NCBI GenBank assembly: GCA_963665325.3
Contig: OZ224045.1
Span: 1,696,001 to 1,760,000, forward strand
DNA length: 64,000 nt
Reading direction: 5' to 3'
From: Alphaproteobacteria bacterium
GTDB taxonomy: Bacteria > Pseudomonadota > Alphaproteobacteria > Bin95
A program made the position numbers and the translations under genes. Position 1 is the first letter of the stretch. Each line of letters begins with the position of its first letter. This document shows, piece by piece, positions 27,911-37,695 of this stretch. The notes under the pieces are model-generated. The model was not told the DNA's origin and made no database searches. It was given only the letters and a program-made list of their open reading frames with translations.

Positions 27911-29318
27911 TCGAAGCAACGAAAGCCCGATCACCTGGCCGATCGCTTCCCTGGTCGAGGCCTACCGGCGGGGCCGGTTGTCGCCGGTCGAGGTGGCGAA
28001 TGAGGCGCTCGCGCGGATCGATCGGCTGAATCCGTCGCTTCATGCCTATCTCGTCCGCTTCGACGATCTTGCGCGCCGCCAGGCGCGCGAAGCCGAGGCC
28101 GCCTACCAGGCCGATCGGGCGCTGCCGCTGAGCGGCGTACCGATCTCGATCAAGGACACCTACCCGCTTGCCGGGGCCGTGACGACCTTCGGTTCGGTCG
28201 TGCACCGCGATAACATCGCACGGCGGGACAGCGGGCTCGTTCGCAGGCTGAGAGCTGCGGGCGCCGTGTTCACCGGCAAGACCAACACCGCCGAATTCGG
28301 CCAGTCGGCGACGTGCGACAACCGTCTCGGCCCGGAGGCCGGCAACCCGTGGGATACCACGCGCACGCCGGGCGGTTCGAGCGGGGGCGCGGCGGTTTCG
28401 GTCGCGGCGGGGCTTGCCAGCATTGCGCTGGCCTCCGACGGCGGTGGGTCGATCCGCATTCCGGCATCGTTCACCGGATTGTTCGGCTTCAAACCCACCC
28501 ATGGCCTTTGCCCCGACGAAGGCGGCTTGCAGGCAATGTCGGATTTCGTTTGCCCGGGGCCCCTGGCGCGGAGCGCCTCCGATGCGCGTACGTTCCTGAG
28601 TGCGCTTCTCGGGCGACGGTTAAGCCGCGCCAGCGCGGGAGGAGGGTTGCGCATTGCCTGGTGCCCGCGCCCCGAGGGACGCCCTGTCGATCCGGGCGTC
28701 GCGGCGACCGTCCAGGCCGCCGTCGCGAGTCTCGAGGCGTTGGGCCACAAGGTCGTCGAGACCGCATTGCCCTTCGAAGGATGGAACGAGGCGTTCGGGC
28801 CGCTTGTCCTCGCCGAGGAACATCGCGAGCGCGGCGACCTGCTCCAACGGTTCCCGGATGCGCTTAGCGACTATGTACGCAGGTCACTGACGGCGGCGCG
28901 GACGCTCACCGCTGACGACATTGCGGCCGGCCGTACGGCGCACCGCAATTATCGCGCCCATATTGCCACGCTGTTCGAGGCCTGGGACGCGATCGCGACA
29001 CCGGCTACAGCTGTCACCGCCTTTCCCTCCGGCAAGCGGCCGAAGCGGATCGCCGGTTGCGAGGTCGACCGGCTTTGGGGCGCATTTCCCTTCGCGGTGC
29101 CGTTCAATGTCTCCGGCAATCCCGCCATATCTCTACCGTGCGGGCTCGCCGGCGGACTGCCCGTGGGTCTGCAGCTCGTCATGCCGTTGAACGACGATGA
29201 GAGACTCCTCGATCTTGCTGAAGACGTGGAAGAGACCGTCGCATTCGACCGGGGCCCGATGGACGATCCGGCGCCGCGGCTGGCGGCCGCGGCAGCTTCG
29301 CTCGAGCCGCACCAATGA
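27903..29318 (+). CDS. Amidase signature family protein
   Basis: GVPISIKD, GGSSGG, SDGGGSIRIPAS. Confidence 0.93.
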   Translation: MPDRSNESPITWPIASLVEAYRRGRLSPVEVANEALARIDRLNPSLHAYLVRFDDLARRQAREAEAAYQADRALPLSGVPISIKDTYPLAGAVTTFGSVVHRDNIARRDSGLVRRLRAAGAVFTGKTNTAEFGQSATCDNRLGPEAGNPWDTTRTPGGSSGGAAVSVAAGLASIALASDGGGSIRIPASFTGLFGFKPTHGLCPDEGGLQAMSDFVCPGPLARSASDARTFLSALLGRRLSRASAGGGLRIAWCPRPEGRPVDPGVAATVQAAVASLEALGHKVVETALPFEGWNEAFGPLVLAEEHRERGDLLQRFPDALSDYVRRSLTAARTLTADDIAAGRTAHRNYRAHIATLFEAWDAIATPATAVTAFPSGKRPKRIAGCEVDRLWGAFPFAVPFNVSGNPAISLPCGLAGGLPVGLQLVMPLNDDERLLDLAEDVEETVAFDRGPMDDPAPRLAAAAASLEPHQ

Positions 29319-29473
29319 CGAACGGGAGGGATCCGATGAAATGATATCGCCGAAGTCATGATGCCGCGTCTCCGGACAACGGGTTCGGACCGGTCGCCAT
29401 GGTGGCGCGGCTCTCGAGGAAGTCGTCCAACAAGCGAGTATCTAGCCAGATTCTGGTTCATCGGGAGGAGAAG

Positions 29474-30694
29474 ATGAGAACTTCCAAGGCGTTTCTATCG
29501 ACGACCGGCGCCGCCGCCGCGGTCGCGGCCAGTGTCGCGTTTGGGCCCATGCCCGCCGCGGCGGAGACCATTCGCATCGGCGACATCAACTCTTACACGA
29601 GGCTGCCGGCCCACACGGTTCCCTACCGGCAGGGCGCAATACTTGCGATTGAGGAATTCAACGGCTCGGGCGGCGTACTCGGGCGCCAGCTCGAGTTCGT
29701 ATCGCACGACGATCAGGGAAAACCGGGCGAGGCGGTCAAGGTTGCCGAGCGGCTCTTCGCCCGCGACAAGGTGGCCCTGATCTCGGGCTCCCTGTTCAGC
29801 CATGTCGGGTTGGCGCTCACGGCCTACGCCAAGAAGAGCAAGCGATTGTACATCGCGGCTGAGCCGCTGGCCGACGCCCTGGTCTGGGCCCAGGGCAACC
29901 GCTACACCTTCCGGCTGCGCCCTTCCACGTACATGCAGGCGGCCATGCTTGCTGCCGAGGTCGCGAAGGTCGAGAAAGCCAAGCGCTGGGCAACCATCGC
30001 GCCCAACTACGCCTACGGCAAGGATGCCGTCGCAGCGTTCCAGAGGGTGTTGACGCAGCTGCGACCGGATGTGGAGTTCGTCGGTTCGCAATGGCCGGCG
30101 CTCTTCAAGATTGACGCCGGTGCCGAGGTCGAGGCGCTCAAGCGCCTGGAGCCGGACGCGATCTACAATGTCACCTTCGGGGGCGATCTCGCCAAGTTCG
30201 CGCGCGAGGGCAAGTTGCGCGGCCTCTTCGAGGGGCGGCTGATGGTCGGATTGCTGACCGGCGAGCCCGAATACATCGATCCCCTCAAGGACGAAGCGCC
30301 GGAGGGTTGGCTGGTTACCGGTTACCCCTGGTACGACATCGAGACTCCGGAGCACAAGGCGTTCGTGGCCGCGTACCAAAAGCGTTGGGACGACTATCCG
30401 CGGATTGGCTCGGTCGTCGGCTACAACACGATGCTGGCCATCAAGGCAATGCTCGAACGGGCGGGCTCGACCGACACGGAGAAAATGGTTGATGCCATGG
30501 AAGGGCTGAACTTCGAAGCCCCGACAGGACCGATCACGTTTCGGGCGATCGACCATCAAGCGACAATGGGAGCCTATGTCGGCTGGACCAAGCTGCGCGA
30601 CGGCAAGGGCGTCATGGTCGACTGGAAGTACCTCGACGGCGCGGACTACCTGCCGTCGGATGATGAAGTCCGGAAACTGCGCGGCGGACAATGA
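29474..30694 (+). CDS. Liv-type ABC substrate-binding protein
   Basis: Signal peptide, IRIGDINSY, NRYTFRLRPSTYMQ; GGAGGAG RBS. Confidence 0.92.
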   Translation: MRTSKAFLSTTGAAAAVAASVAFGPMPAAAETIRIGDINSYTRLPAHTVPYRQGAILAIEEFNGSGGVLGRQLEFVSHDDQGKPGEAVKVAERLFARDKVALISGSLFSHVGLALTAYAKKSKRLYIAAEPLADALVWAQGNRYTFRLRPSTYMQAAMLAAEVAKVEKAKRWATIAPNYAYGKDAVAAFQRVLTQLRPDVEFVGSQWPALFKIDAGAEVEALKRLEPDAIYNVTFGGDLAKFAREGKLRGLFEGRLMVGLLTGEPEYIDPLKDEAPEGWLVTGYPWYDIETPEHKAFVAAYQKRWDDYPRIGSVVGYNTMLAIKAMLERAGSTDTEKMVDAMEGLNFEAPTGPITFRAIDHQATMGAYVGWTKLRDGKGVMVDWKYLDGADYLPSDDEVRKLRGGQ

Positions 30695-30777
30695 ACCGGC
30701 GCACGATCGGGGGCCGGCCAGCCGGCCCCTGACGCCGGTGTCGGTAAACAAGGCGGTCTGAGCGAGAGAACCGGAGC

Positions 30778-32718
30778 GTGGCGGATTTCATTGTCAGCTT
30801 ACTGACGGGGTTGTCCAGCGCCGCCGCTATGTTCCTGGTCGCTTCGGGGTTGTCGATCATCTTCGGGGTGACCCGGATCGTGAACTTCGCCCACGGTTCG
30901 TTCTACATGCTGGGCGCCTATATTGGATACACGCTGGTCCAGGCGATCGGCTCCACGGCGATCGGCTTTTGGGCTGCCGTCCTGATTGCCGCCGTCGCCG
31001 TCGGCCTGATCGGCGTTGCCATGGAGATCCTGCTGCTTCGCCGGATCTACAGGGCGCCGGAACTCTTTCAGTTGATCGCGACTTTCGGGGTCATCCTGGT
31101 TATCCAGGACGTGGCGCTGTGGGTCTGGGGATCGGAGGATCTCGTCGGTCCGCAGGCTCCCGGTCTCAAAGGCGCGGCAAACATCCTCGGCAAGCCGATT
31201 CCCGAATACGACCTGGCCCTGATCGCGATATCGCCATTGGTGCTGATCGGCTTGTGGGCGCTGTTCAAACTGACCCGCTGGGGCACGCTGGTGCGGGCCG
31301 CAACGCAAGACCGGCAGATGGTGGCGGCGCTGGGAGTCAATCAGCGCTGGCTGTTCACCGGCGTCCTGTTTCTCGGCTCCGCTCTCGCCGGGCTGGGCGG
31401 GGCCGTTCAGATCCCCAAGGGCGGCGCCGACCTGCTGATGGACTTCAATATCCTTGCCGCCGCATTCGTCGTGGTCGTGGTGGGCGGCATGGGCAGCATT
31501 TTCGGAGCCTTCTGGGCCGCGGTGCTGTTCGGCATCCTCCAGACCTTCGGCATCCAGATACTGCCGAACTCCACGCTGGTGCTGATGTTCCTGGTCATGG
31601 CGGTGGTCCTGATCTTCCGGCCGTGGGGGCTGCTCGGCATGCCGGAGACATTGGGTCAGGCGCCCCCTGGCCCACCGGAGCAGCCGTTGCGTCCGGCCTT
31701 GCCGCGGATACGTGTATTGGCAGGCACGGCAACCGCGTTGCTCCTCGCGCTCCCGATCGTACACCTCGTCTTCCCCGAGGTGGTCGGCACTTTCACCCTG
31801 GTCCTGGTGATCGAGATCATGGTGTTTGTGCTGTTCGCCGCGGCGCTGCATTTCATCATGGGACCGGGCGGGATGGTCAGCTTCGGCCACGCCGCATATT
31901 TCGGCGGCGGCGCGTATGCGGCCGCGCTCCTGGTTAAGTTTGCAGACGCGCCGTTCGAGCTCGCGTTCTGGGCCGCGCCGGTCGGCGCAGCGCTGCTTGC
32001 CTTCCTGTTCGGCTGGTTTTGCGTTCGTCTGAGCGGTGTCTACTTCGCGATGTTGACCCTCGCCTTCGCGCAGATAGCGTGGGCGTTCGTGTTCCAGGAT
32101 ATGCCGGGCAGCGTGCTCAAGATCTTCGGGATCGCGGACGAGTTCGGCACGCCGCTCAAGATAACCGGGGGTGACGACGGCCTGAACGACATCTGGCCGT
32201 CCGGATGGGCGAGTGCGCGTGTTTCCTACTACTACATTACCGTGGGGCTCTGTATCGCCGCGCTCTGGATCATGCGGCGATTCCTGTATGCGCCGTTTGG
32301 CTACACCTTGCGCGCCGGGCGTGACTCGCCGTTGCGGGCCGCCGCGATCGGGATCGATCTCACGCACCATCGTTGGCTGGCCTTTGCACTCTCCGGCGCG
32401 TTTGCGGGCCTTGCCGGCGCCTTGTTCCTGTTTTCGAAGGGCAGCGTCTTCCCGACTACGCTGGAAATCGCGCGCTCCTTCGACGCCTTGTTGATGGTGC
32501 TCCTCGGCGGCGTGCAGTCGCTGTTCGGCCCGATCTTCGGCGCTGCCGCCCTGACCTGGCTCAACGATCTCTTTAGCGTCCTTAGCTACTGGCGGTTCCT
32601 GCTCGGAGTGACCATTATCGCCTTGGTGCTCCTGCTTCCCCAGGGGATCGTCGGTTTCGCCGGCACGCGGGTCGGGCGGCGGCTCGGGCTGGCGCAGCCG
32701 GAGGAAGTCGCGTCATGA
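30778..32718 (+). CDS. Fused LivH-LivM ABC permease
   Basis: N-terminal GVTRIVNFAHG and C-terminal GMVSFGHAAYFG in one 646-aa ORF. Confidence 0.9.
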   Translation: MADFIVSLLTGLSSAAAMFLVASGLSIIFGVTRIVNFAHGSFYMLGAYIGYTLVQAIGSTAIGFWAAVLIAAVAVGLIGVAMEILLLRRIYRAPELFQLIATFGVILVIQDVALWVWGSEDLVGPQAPGLKGAANILGKPIPEYDLALIAISPLVLIGLWALFKLTRWGTLVRAATQDRQMVAALGVNQRWLFTGVLFLGSALAGLGGAVQIPKGGADLLMDFNILAAAFVVVVVGGMGSIFGAFWAAVLFGILQTFGIQILPNSTLVLMFLVMAVVLIFRPWGLLGMPETLGQAPPGPPEQPLRPALPRIRVLAGTATALLLALPIVHLVFPEVVGTFTLVLVIEIMVFVLFAAALHFIMGPGGMVSFGHAAYFGGGAYAAALLVKFADAPFELAFWAAPVGAALLAFLFGWFCVRLSGVYFAMLTLAFAQIAWAFVFQDMPGSVLKIFGIADEFGTPLKITGGDDGLNDIWPSGWASARVSYYYITVGLCIAALWIMRRFLYAPFGYTLRAGRDSPLRAAAIGIDLTHHRWLAFALSGAFAGLAGALFLFSKGSVFPTTLEIARSFDALLMVLLGGVQSLFGPIFGAAALTWLNDLFSVLSYWRFLLGVTIIALVLLLPQGIVGFAGTRVGRRLGLAQPEEVAS

Positions 32719-33503
32719 GCGCGGCACAGGACGGGCGCACTCCGGTGCTGGAGGTGGAGTCGCTGAGCAAGTCGTTCGGCGGGGTGCGGGCGGTGGAGCG
32801 GGTCTCGTTCACGCTTTCGTCGAGCGAACTCCTGGCCCTGATCGGACCCAACGGTGCCGGCAAGACGACCTGCTTCAACATGGTGAACGGCCAGCTCCGG
32901 CCCGATGCCGGCTCGGTGCGGCTCAACGGTCGAAACATTCTGGGTCTGCCGCCCCGGTCAATCTGGCGGCTCGGCGTCGGGCGGACTTTCCAGATCACCG
33001 CAACCTTCGCGTCGATGACCGTGCGCGAAAATGTGCAAATGGTGCTGGTCAGCCACCATCGCCGATCGCGGGCATTGTGGCGTCCGGCGAAGGACCGCTA
33101 CATCGAAGAGGCGATGGCGTTGCTGGAACGCGTCGGTATGCACCACCAATACGACAGGGCCTGCGGGGTGCTGGCCTATGGCGACCTCAAGCGGGTCGAG
33201 CTTGCGATTGCACTGGCCAACGAACCCAAACTGCTGCTCATGGACGAGCCGACCGCGGGTATGGCGCCCAGGGAGCGCATGGAGTTGATGCAGCTCACCG
33301 CGGAGATCGTCCACGAACGGGACATCGCCGTTCTCTTCACCGAACACGACATGGACGTGGTCTTCGCCCACGCCGACCGGATCATGGTGCTGGATCGGGG
33401 ACAGCTTATCTCCCAGGGCCCGCCGATGGCGGTGCGCTCGGACCGGAAAGTCCAGGAGATCTATCTGGGCGGCAGCGCCGTGCATGGCGCCGAAATCCCA
33501 TGA
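32715..33503 (+). CDS. Liv-type ABC ATP-binding protein (LivG-like)
   Basis: GPNGAGKTT, GRTFQ, DEPTAG. Confidence 0.93.
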   Translation: MSAAQDGRTPVLEVESLSKSFGGVRAVERVSFTLSSSELLALIGPNGAGKTTCFNMVNGQLRPDAGSVRLNGRNILGLPPRSIWRLGVGRTFQITATFASMTVRENVQMVLVSHHRRSRALWRPAKDRYIEEAMALLERVGMHHQYDRACGVLAYGDLKRVELAIALANEPKLLLMDEPTAGMAPRERMELMQLTAEIVHERDIAVLFTEHDMDVVFAHADRIMVLDRGQLISQGPPMAVRSDRKVQEIYLGGSAVHGAEIP

Positions 33504-34225
33504 TCGCGGCACCCGGCGCCCCGGTCCTCGCATTGACCGGTGTCGACACCTTCTACGGTCGCGCGCAAATCCTGTCCGGGGTTTCGCTCGAGGTTCGTCG
33601 TGGTGAGGTCGTGGCGCTGCTCGGCCGCAACGGCGCGGGTAAATCGACGACGATCAAGTCGATCATCGGCCTCGTTCGGCCCGCGAAGGGCGAGATCTCC
33701 TTCGAGGGCGAGTCGATACAGGGATTGGAACCGTTCCAGATCAGCCGCCTCGGGCTTGGATATGTACCCGAGGACCGACGGGTGTTTACCGGCCTGACCG
33801 TCGCCGAGAACCTTGAGGTCGGTCGCCAGCCCCGACGCGAGAATGCGCCGGAATGGACCCACGAGAAGCTCTTCGCCTTGTTTCCCAACCTCGCGGCGAT
33901 GAACGACCGGCTCGGCGGCCTGATGAGTGGAGGGGAACAGCAGATGCTGACCATCGCGCGCACGTTGATGGGCAACCCGTCGACCATGCTGCTCGACGAG
34001 CCCTCCGAGGGCCTCGCGCCCGTCATAGTTGAACAGGTGGCGAAGACCATCCTCGATCTGAAGGAGCAGGGCCTGTCGATTCTGCTCTCCGAACAGAACC
34101 TGCATTTGTCGACGCTCGTTTCGGACCGCGCCTACATCATCGAAAAGGGCCGCATCCGCTACGAGGGTTCGATGACGGAGCTCGCGGAGGACGAGGAGAT
34201 CCGCGGCGCCTACCTCATGGTCTGA
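33500..34225 (+). CDS. Liv-type ABC ATP-binding protein (LivF-like)
   Basis: GRNGAGKST, SGGEQQML, DEPSEG; ATGA overlap. Confidence 0.93.
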   Translation: MIAAPGAPVLALTGVDTFYGRAQILSGVSLEVRRGEVVALLGRNGAGKSTTIKSIIGLVRPAKGEISFEGESIQGLEPFQISRLGLGYVPEDRRVFTGLTVAENLEVGRQPRRENAPEWTHEKLFALFPNLAAMNDRLGGLMSGGEQQMLTIARTLMGNPSTMLLDEPSEGLAPVIVEQVAKTILDLKEQGLSILLSEQNLHLSTLVSDRAYIIEKGRIRYEGSMTELAEDEEIRGAYLMV

Positions 34226-34379
34226 AAGACGCAAACCGACGCCTCGACGGCAGCAAATAAAGGAATATAATACTATCTCCGGTTTCAGGCTTAGAGCCTG
34301 ATCCAAAAAGAGTTGAGCGGTTTCCAGGGATTGTGATTCTGTCCGGTTGTGAAGGCAAGGCCCGCCGTCGAGCGGTTCG

Positions 34380-34821
34380 CGAACCTCCGGAAAACCGAGC
34401 CCCGTGTCCGGTGCGACCGCTGCGCATCTCGTCGCCGGCGAGCCAGAAGCGGGCATATTTGCGGAGCGCCTCCTTGCGGCTCATGTCGCCCAACTCGGCG
34501 GACTCGTGGTTGACGTCGAACGGGTCGAAGCGCGGGTCGTGATTGACGTCGAGTTCGAGGATGAAGCGCGAGGCGGCATCGACGCTGCAGCAAGAAGTCA
34601 TCTCGACCGTGCGCCGCTGGACCTTGCTCGGCCAGTTGATCATGAGCGACTGGGAGTCGATGGCGATGTCCATGTGTGCCGGCAGGCGCCGCTCGCCGGT
34701 CAGGAAGGCGCGCGTGACGGCGCCGTTCAACTCGTAGCAGCGCCGATGGATGAAGTCGACGATCCTGTAATAGTCCTTGTAGTTATTGAGCTTCGCCCCC
34801 TCCACCGTATGGCGCATGGGG
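34380..34821 (-). pseudogene. Internal fragment of a probable transposase-like protein, truncated by IS3
   Basis: Coding-like frame YYRIVDFIH...IAIDSQSLMINW...SVDAASRFIL...KYARFWL with an RNase-H-like strand pattern; no start, abuts the IS3 left end. Confidence 0.45.
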
Positions 34822-34874
34822 TGAGCCGCCCCGGGTTTCCCGGAGGCTCCGTCTTGTGAGAAGGAGGAGCCATT

Positions 34875-35200
34875 ATGGGAAGGCATTTGACACGTTATCC
34901 GGCGGAGGTTCGCGAGCGGGCTGTCCGGCTGGTTTTCAAGCATAGGGGCGAGTATGGCTCGCAGTGGGAGGCGATGTGTTCGATCGTGGCGAAGTTCGGC
35001 TGCACGGCCGAGACGCTACGGCGGTGGGTTCGCCAGGCTGAACGAGACAGCGGCGCCAGGCTGGCATGACCAGCGATGATCGTGAGCGGGTCAAGGCGCT
35101 GGAACGCGAGGTTCGCGAGCTGCGCCAGGCTAACGAGATTCTGCGCAAGGCCAGCGCCTATTTTGCCCAGGCGGAGCTCGACCGCCCACTCAAGCGATGA
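34875..35200 (+). pseudogene. IS3 OrfA with 1-bp frameshift
   Basis: YPAEVRERAVRLV...[12 protein letters not shown] ends at 35069; continuation [40 protein letters not shown] is in another frame. Confidence 0.8.
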
Positions 35201-35685
35201 TCGCCTTCATCGACGAGCATCGCGATACCTATGGGGTCGAGCCGATCTGCAAGGTTCTGCTGATCGCCCCGTCCACGTACCGGCTTCATGCCGGCAGACA
35301 GCGCGATCCGTCGCTGCTGCCGGATCGTGCCCGGCGTGATCTGGTACTGATGGCGGAGATCGAGCGCGTCTTCGAGACGAACTACTCGGTCTATGGCGCC
35401 CGCAAGACCTGGCGCCAGCTACGGCGCGAAGGCCTGGACGTTGCCCGCTGCACCGTCGAGCGGCTGATGCGCAATCTCGGCCTTGCCGGGGCGATCAGGG
35501 GCAAGCCGGTGAAGACCACGGTCGGCGACAAGGGAGCGGCGTGCCCGCTCGACAAGGTGAACCGGCAGTTCCGGGCACCCGGGCCCAATCGTCTGTGGGT
35601 GGCGGACTTCACCTATGTCGCGACCTGGGCCGGGTTCGTCTATGTGGCCTTCGTGATTGGAGTGGGCCCTTTGGGTCGGACAGTA

Positions 35686-36481
35686 TCATGCGGCATTTTT
35701 GACAGGGTAGCGGGACTGTTTCTCCTCGAAGCGTTTTGGGGCTGAGATATCCGAGCGCGGAGTGCAGGCGCCTGTTGTTGTAGCTGTCGATGAAGCGCGG
35801 CAGTTGCTGTGCGACGTCTTCGGCGGTCTCGAAGGCCATGGGATAGACGCCCTCGACCTTCAGGGTTTTCATGAAGCTTTCCATCATGGCGTTGTCGTAG
35901 GGGTTGGCGCGTCGTCCCATCGAGCCTTTCAGCCCGTGCTTGTAGAGCCGTGTCCGGTAGGCGTGAGCGGCGTATTGCGAGCCCCTGTCGGAGTGGTGGA
36001 TGCAGCCGCGCGGCGGGTTGCGGTTGCCGATCGCCTTGTCCAGCGCCGCGAGCGTGAGCCTGGCATCGATCCGTTCGCCGAGCGCATAGCCGACAATGCG
36101 GCGCGACCAGGCGTCCATGATCGCGGCCAGATAGACGAAGCCGCCGAGGATGGCGATGTAGGTCAGGTCGGCGACCCAGAGCCGGTTCGGGCCCTCGACC
36201 TCGCAGTCCCCGGACCGGTCCGGGAAGATCGGCTCGTCGTGGTCGCTGTCCGTCGTGGCGACAAAGCGGCGCCTGCGCGGCGGCTGCAAGGCGTGTTCGC
36301 GCATCAGCCGCTTGACCTTCTTGTGGTTGACGGTCCAGCCCCGGTGCCGAAGTTCCGCCTGCATGCGCCGCCAGCCATAGGCCTCGAACTCGTCCTTGAT
36401 CGCGTGCATTGCCTCGACCAGGGCGGTGTCGTCGACCGGGCTCTGCGGCTCGCGGTAGTAGCTGGAGCGCGCGATCCCCAT
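35686..36481 (-). CDS. Nested IS3 OrfB transposase (possible +1 frameshift in last ~20 codons)
   Basis: WVADLTYI, HHSDRGSQY, DNAMMESF, RLHSALGYLSP. Confidence 0.85.
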
Positions 36482-36831
36482 CAGCCGGCATCCTTCGGCG
36501 ATGGACAGGCCTCGGGGCCGGCGATCACGGACATGGGCGCGCGTCTCGCCTGCCGTCCTTGCCGCAGAGCCCCCTTTAGGAACTCCAGCTCCGCGGCCTG
36601 CTTGCCGACCAGCCGTTCAAGCGTCGCGATCCGGGCTTCATACTCCCGAAGCGTGTCCGCCGCCTCGGCCTCCTCGTCGAAGGCGCCCACCTCGTATTTC
36701 TCCAACCACATCCGGATCAGAGTGCGTGACAGGTCGTGACGGCGGGCCAGACCGTAAAATGTCTCACCTGCCAGATACTCCTCAACGACCTGGCGCTTGA
36801 AGGCCATGCTGTGTGTGCGGTGCTTCCTCAT
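36481..36831 (-). CDS. Nested IS3 OrfA
   Basis: MRKHRTHSMAFKRQVVEEY HTH, IATLERLVGKQAAELEFLK zipper. Confidence 0.85.
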   Translation of the reverse strand: MRKHRTHSMAFKRQVVEEYLAGETFYGLARRHDLSRTLIRMWLEKYEVGAFDEEAEAADTLREYEARIATLERLVGKQAAELEFLKGALRQGRQARRAPMSVIAGPEACPSPKDAG

Positions 36832-37439
36832 GGGCTGTGATCCTTCCAATGCCCGCGCACCTGTCAATTGCATGCAACCAAACTGTCCGAACCCAGGGGC
36901 CCACTCCATGATCGATGCCTTCGCACGCCGGATCGTCGGATGGCGGGTGAGCCGCACGGCCCATGCAATCTTCGTTCTGGATGCCCTGGAACAGGCGATA
37001 CATGCCCGGAAGCCCGCTAGGGGATCGGGCCTCGTGCATCACAGCGACCGCGGCGTCCAATACCTGTCGATCAAATACTCCGAGCGCCTGGCCGAAGCCG
37101 GGATCGATCCTTCGGTCGGCAGTGTCGGCGACAGTTACGACAACGCGTTGGCCGAAACGATCAACGGCCTCTACAAGGCCGAGGTGGTCCACCGGCACGG
37201 CCCGTGGAGATCGTTCGAGGCCGTCGAATACGCCACCCTCGAATGGGTGGACTGGTTCAATAATCGCTGCCTGCTCGGCCCCATCGGTAACATCCCGCCC
37301 GCTGAGGCCGAAGCAAATTACTATGCTGCCAGCGAGAACCTCGATATGGCTGCATGACTCAAACCAAACTGCCTCCGGGAAACCCGGGGCGGTTCACAAT
37401 CCTTGGGAATCCCCTCCATGAGTCTCAACCCTCAGCCGC

Positions 37440-37620
37440 TGGTATTACGGCGGAATGCCACCGAGCCGTCCGAATACGCCCCGTGAAACTGGTAGCTATT
37501 CTTCGACAGGTCGATCCCGATGATGCTAACCTCCTTCATTGGATGCCTCCTTCCCATTGGGGGTTTCAACAACACCATGGCACATCGCGATGCCGTCGGA
37601 TTGAGGCGCCCACCCTATCG
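37440..37620 (-). pseudogene. 5' remnant of an IS110 (IS1111-like) element
   Basis: GGAGG RBS then ATG at 37539: MKEVSIIGIDLSKNSYQFHG...DGSVAFRR; upstream GACGGCATC...TGTGCCA left-end-like motif. Confidence 0.75.
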
Positions 37621-37695
37621 GGGGCCAGTCCCGGGCGGCGAACGGGCCCGGCCTCACATAACCCGATGATTCCAGAACCGCACAGGAGCCAGCTT

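Larger units (their letters stand above)
35658..36908 (-). mobile_element. Nested IS3-family element (1251 bp) with 4-bp target duplication TGAT
   Basis: IRs TGGAGTGGGCCC...GGACAGT / ACTGTCC...GGGCCCACTCCA; TGAT at 35654-35657 and 36909-36912. Confidence 0.95.
35197..37357 (+). pseudogene. IS3 OrfB (DDE integrase core) split by the nested IS
   Basis: WVADFTYV...YVAFVI (to 35657) rejoins DAFARRIVGW...HHSDRGVQY...DNALAE after 36912. Confidence 0.9.
34822..37396 (+). mobile_element. IS3-family element (IS51/IS3411-like), inactivated, interrupted by a nested IS3
   Basis: IRL TGAGCCGCCCCGGGTTTCCCGGAGGC at 34822 and IRR GCCTCCGGGAAACCCGGGGCGGTTCA ending at 37396; about 1.32 kb net length. Confidence 0.92.

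Noticed and set aside
30778-32718. LivH-LivM fusion as a novelty
   Set aside because: Fused Liv permeases are common in proteobacteria
34215-34943. 242-aa ORF as an intact gene
   Set aside because: Chimeric: its start lies inside the IS3 left end; only the middle looks coding
37354-37695. N-terminal extension of the lipoprotein ORF
   Set aside because: Runs through the IS3 right IR and an IS110 remnant; the signal peptide and RBS support a start near 37696
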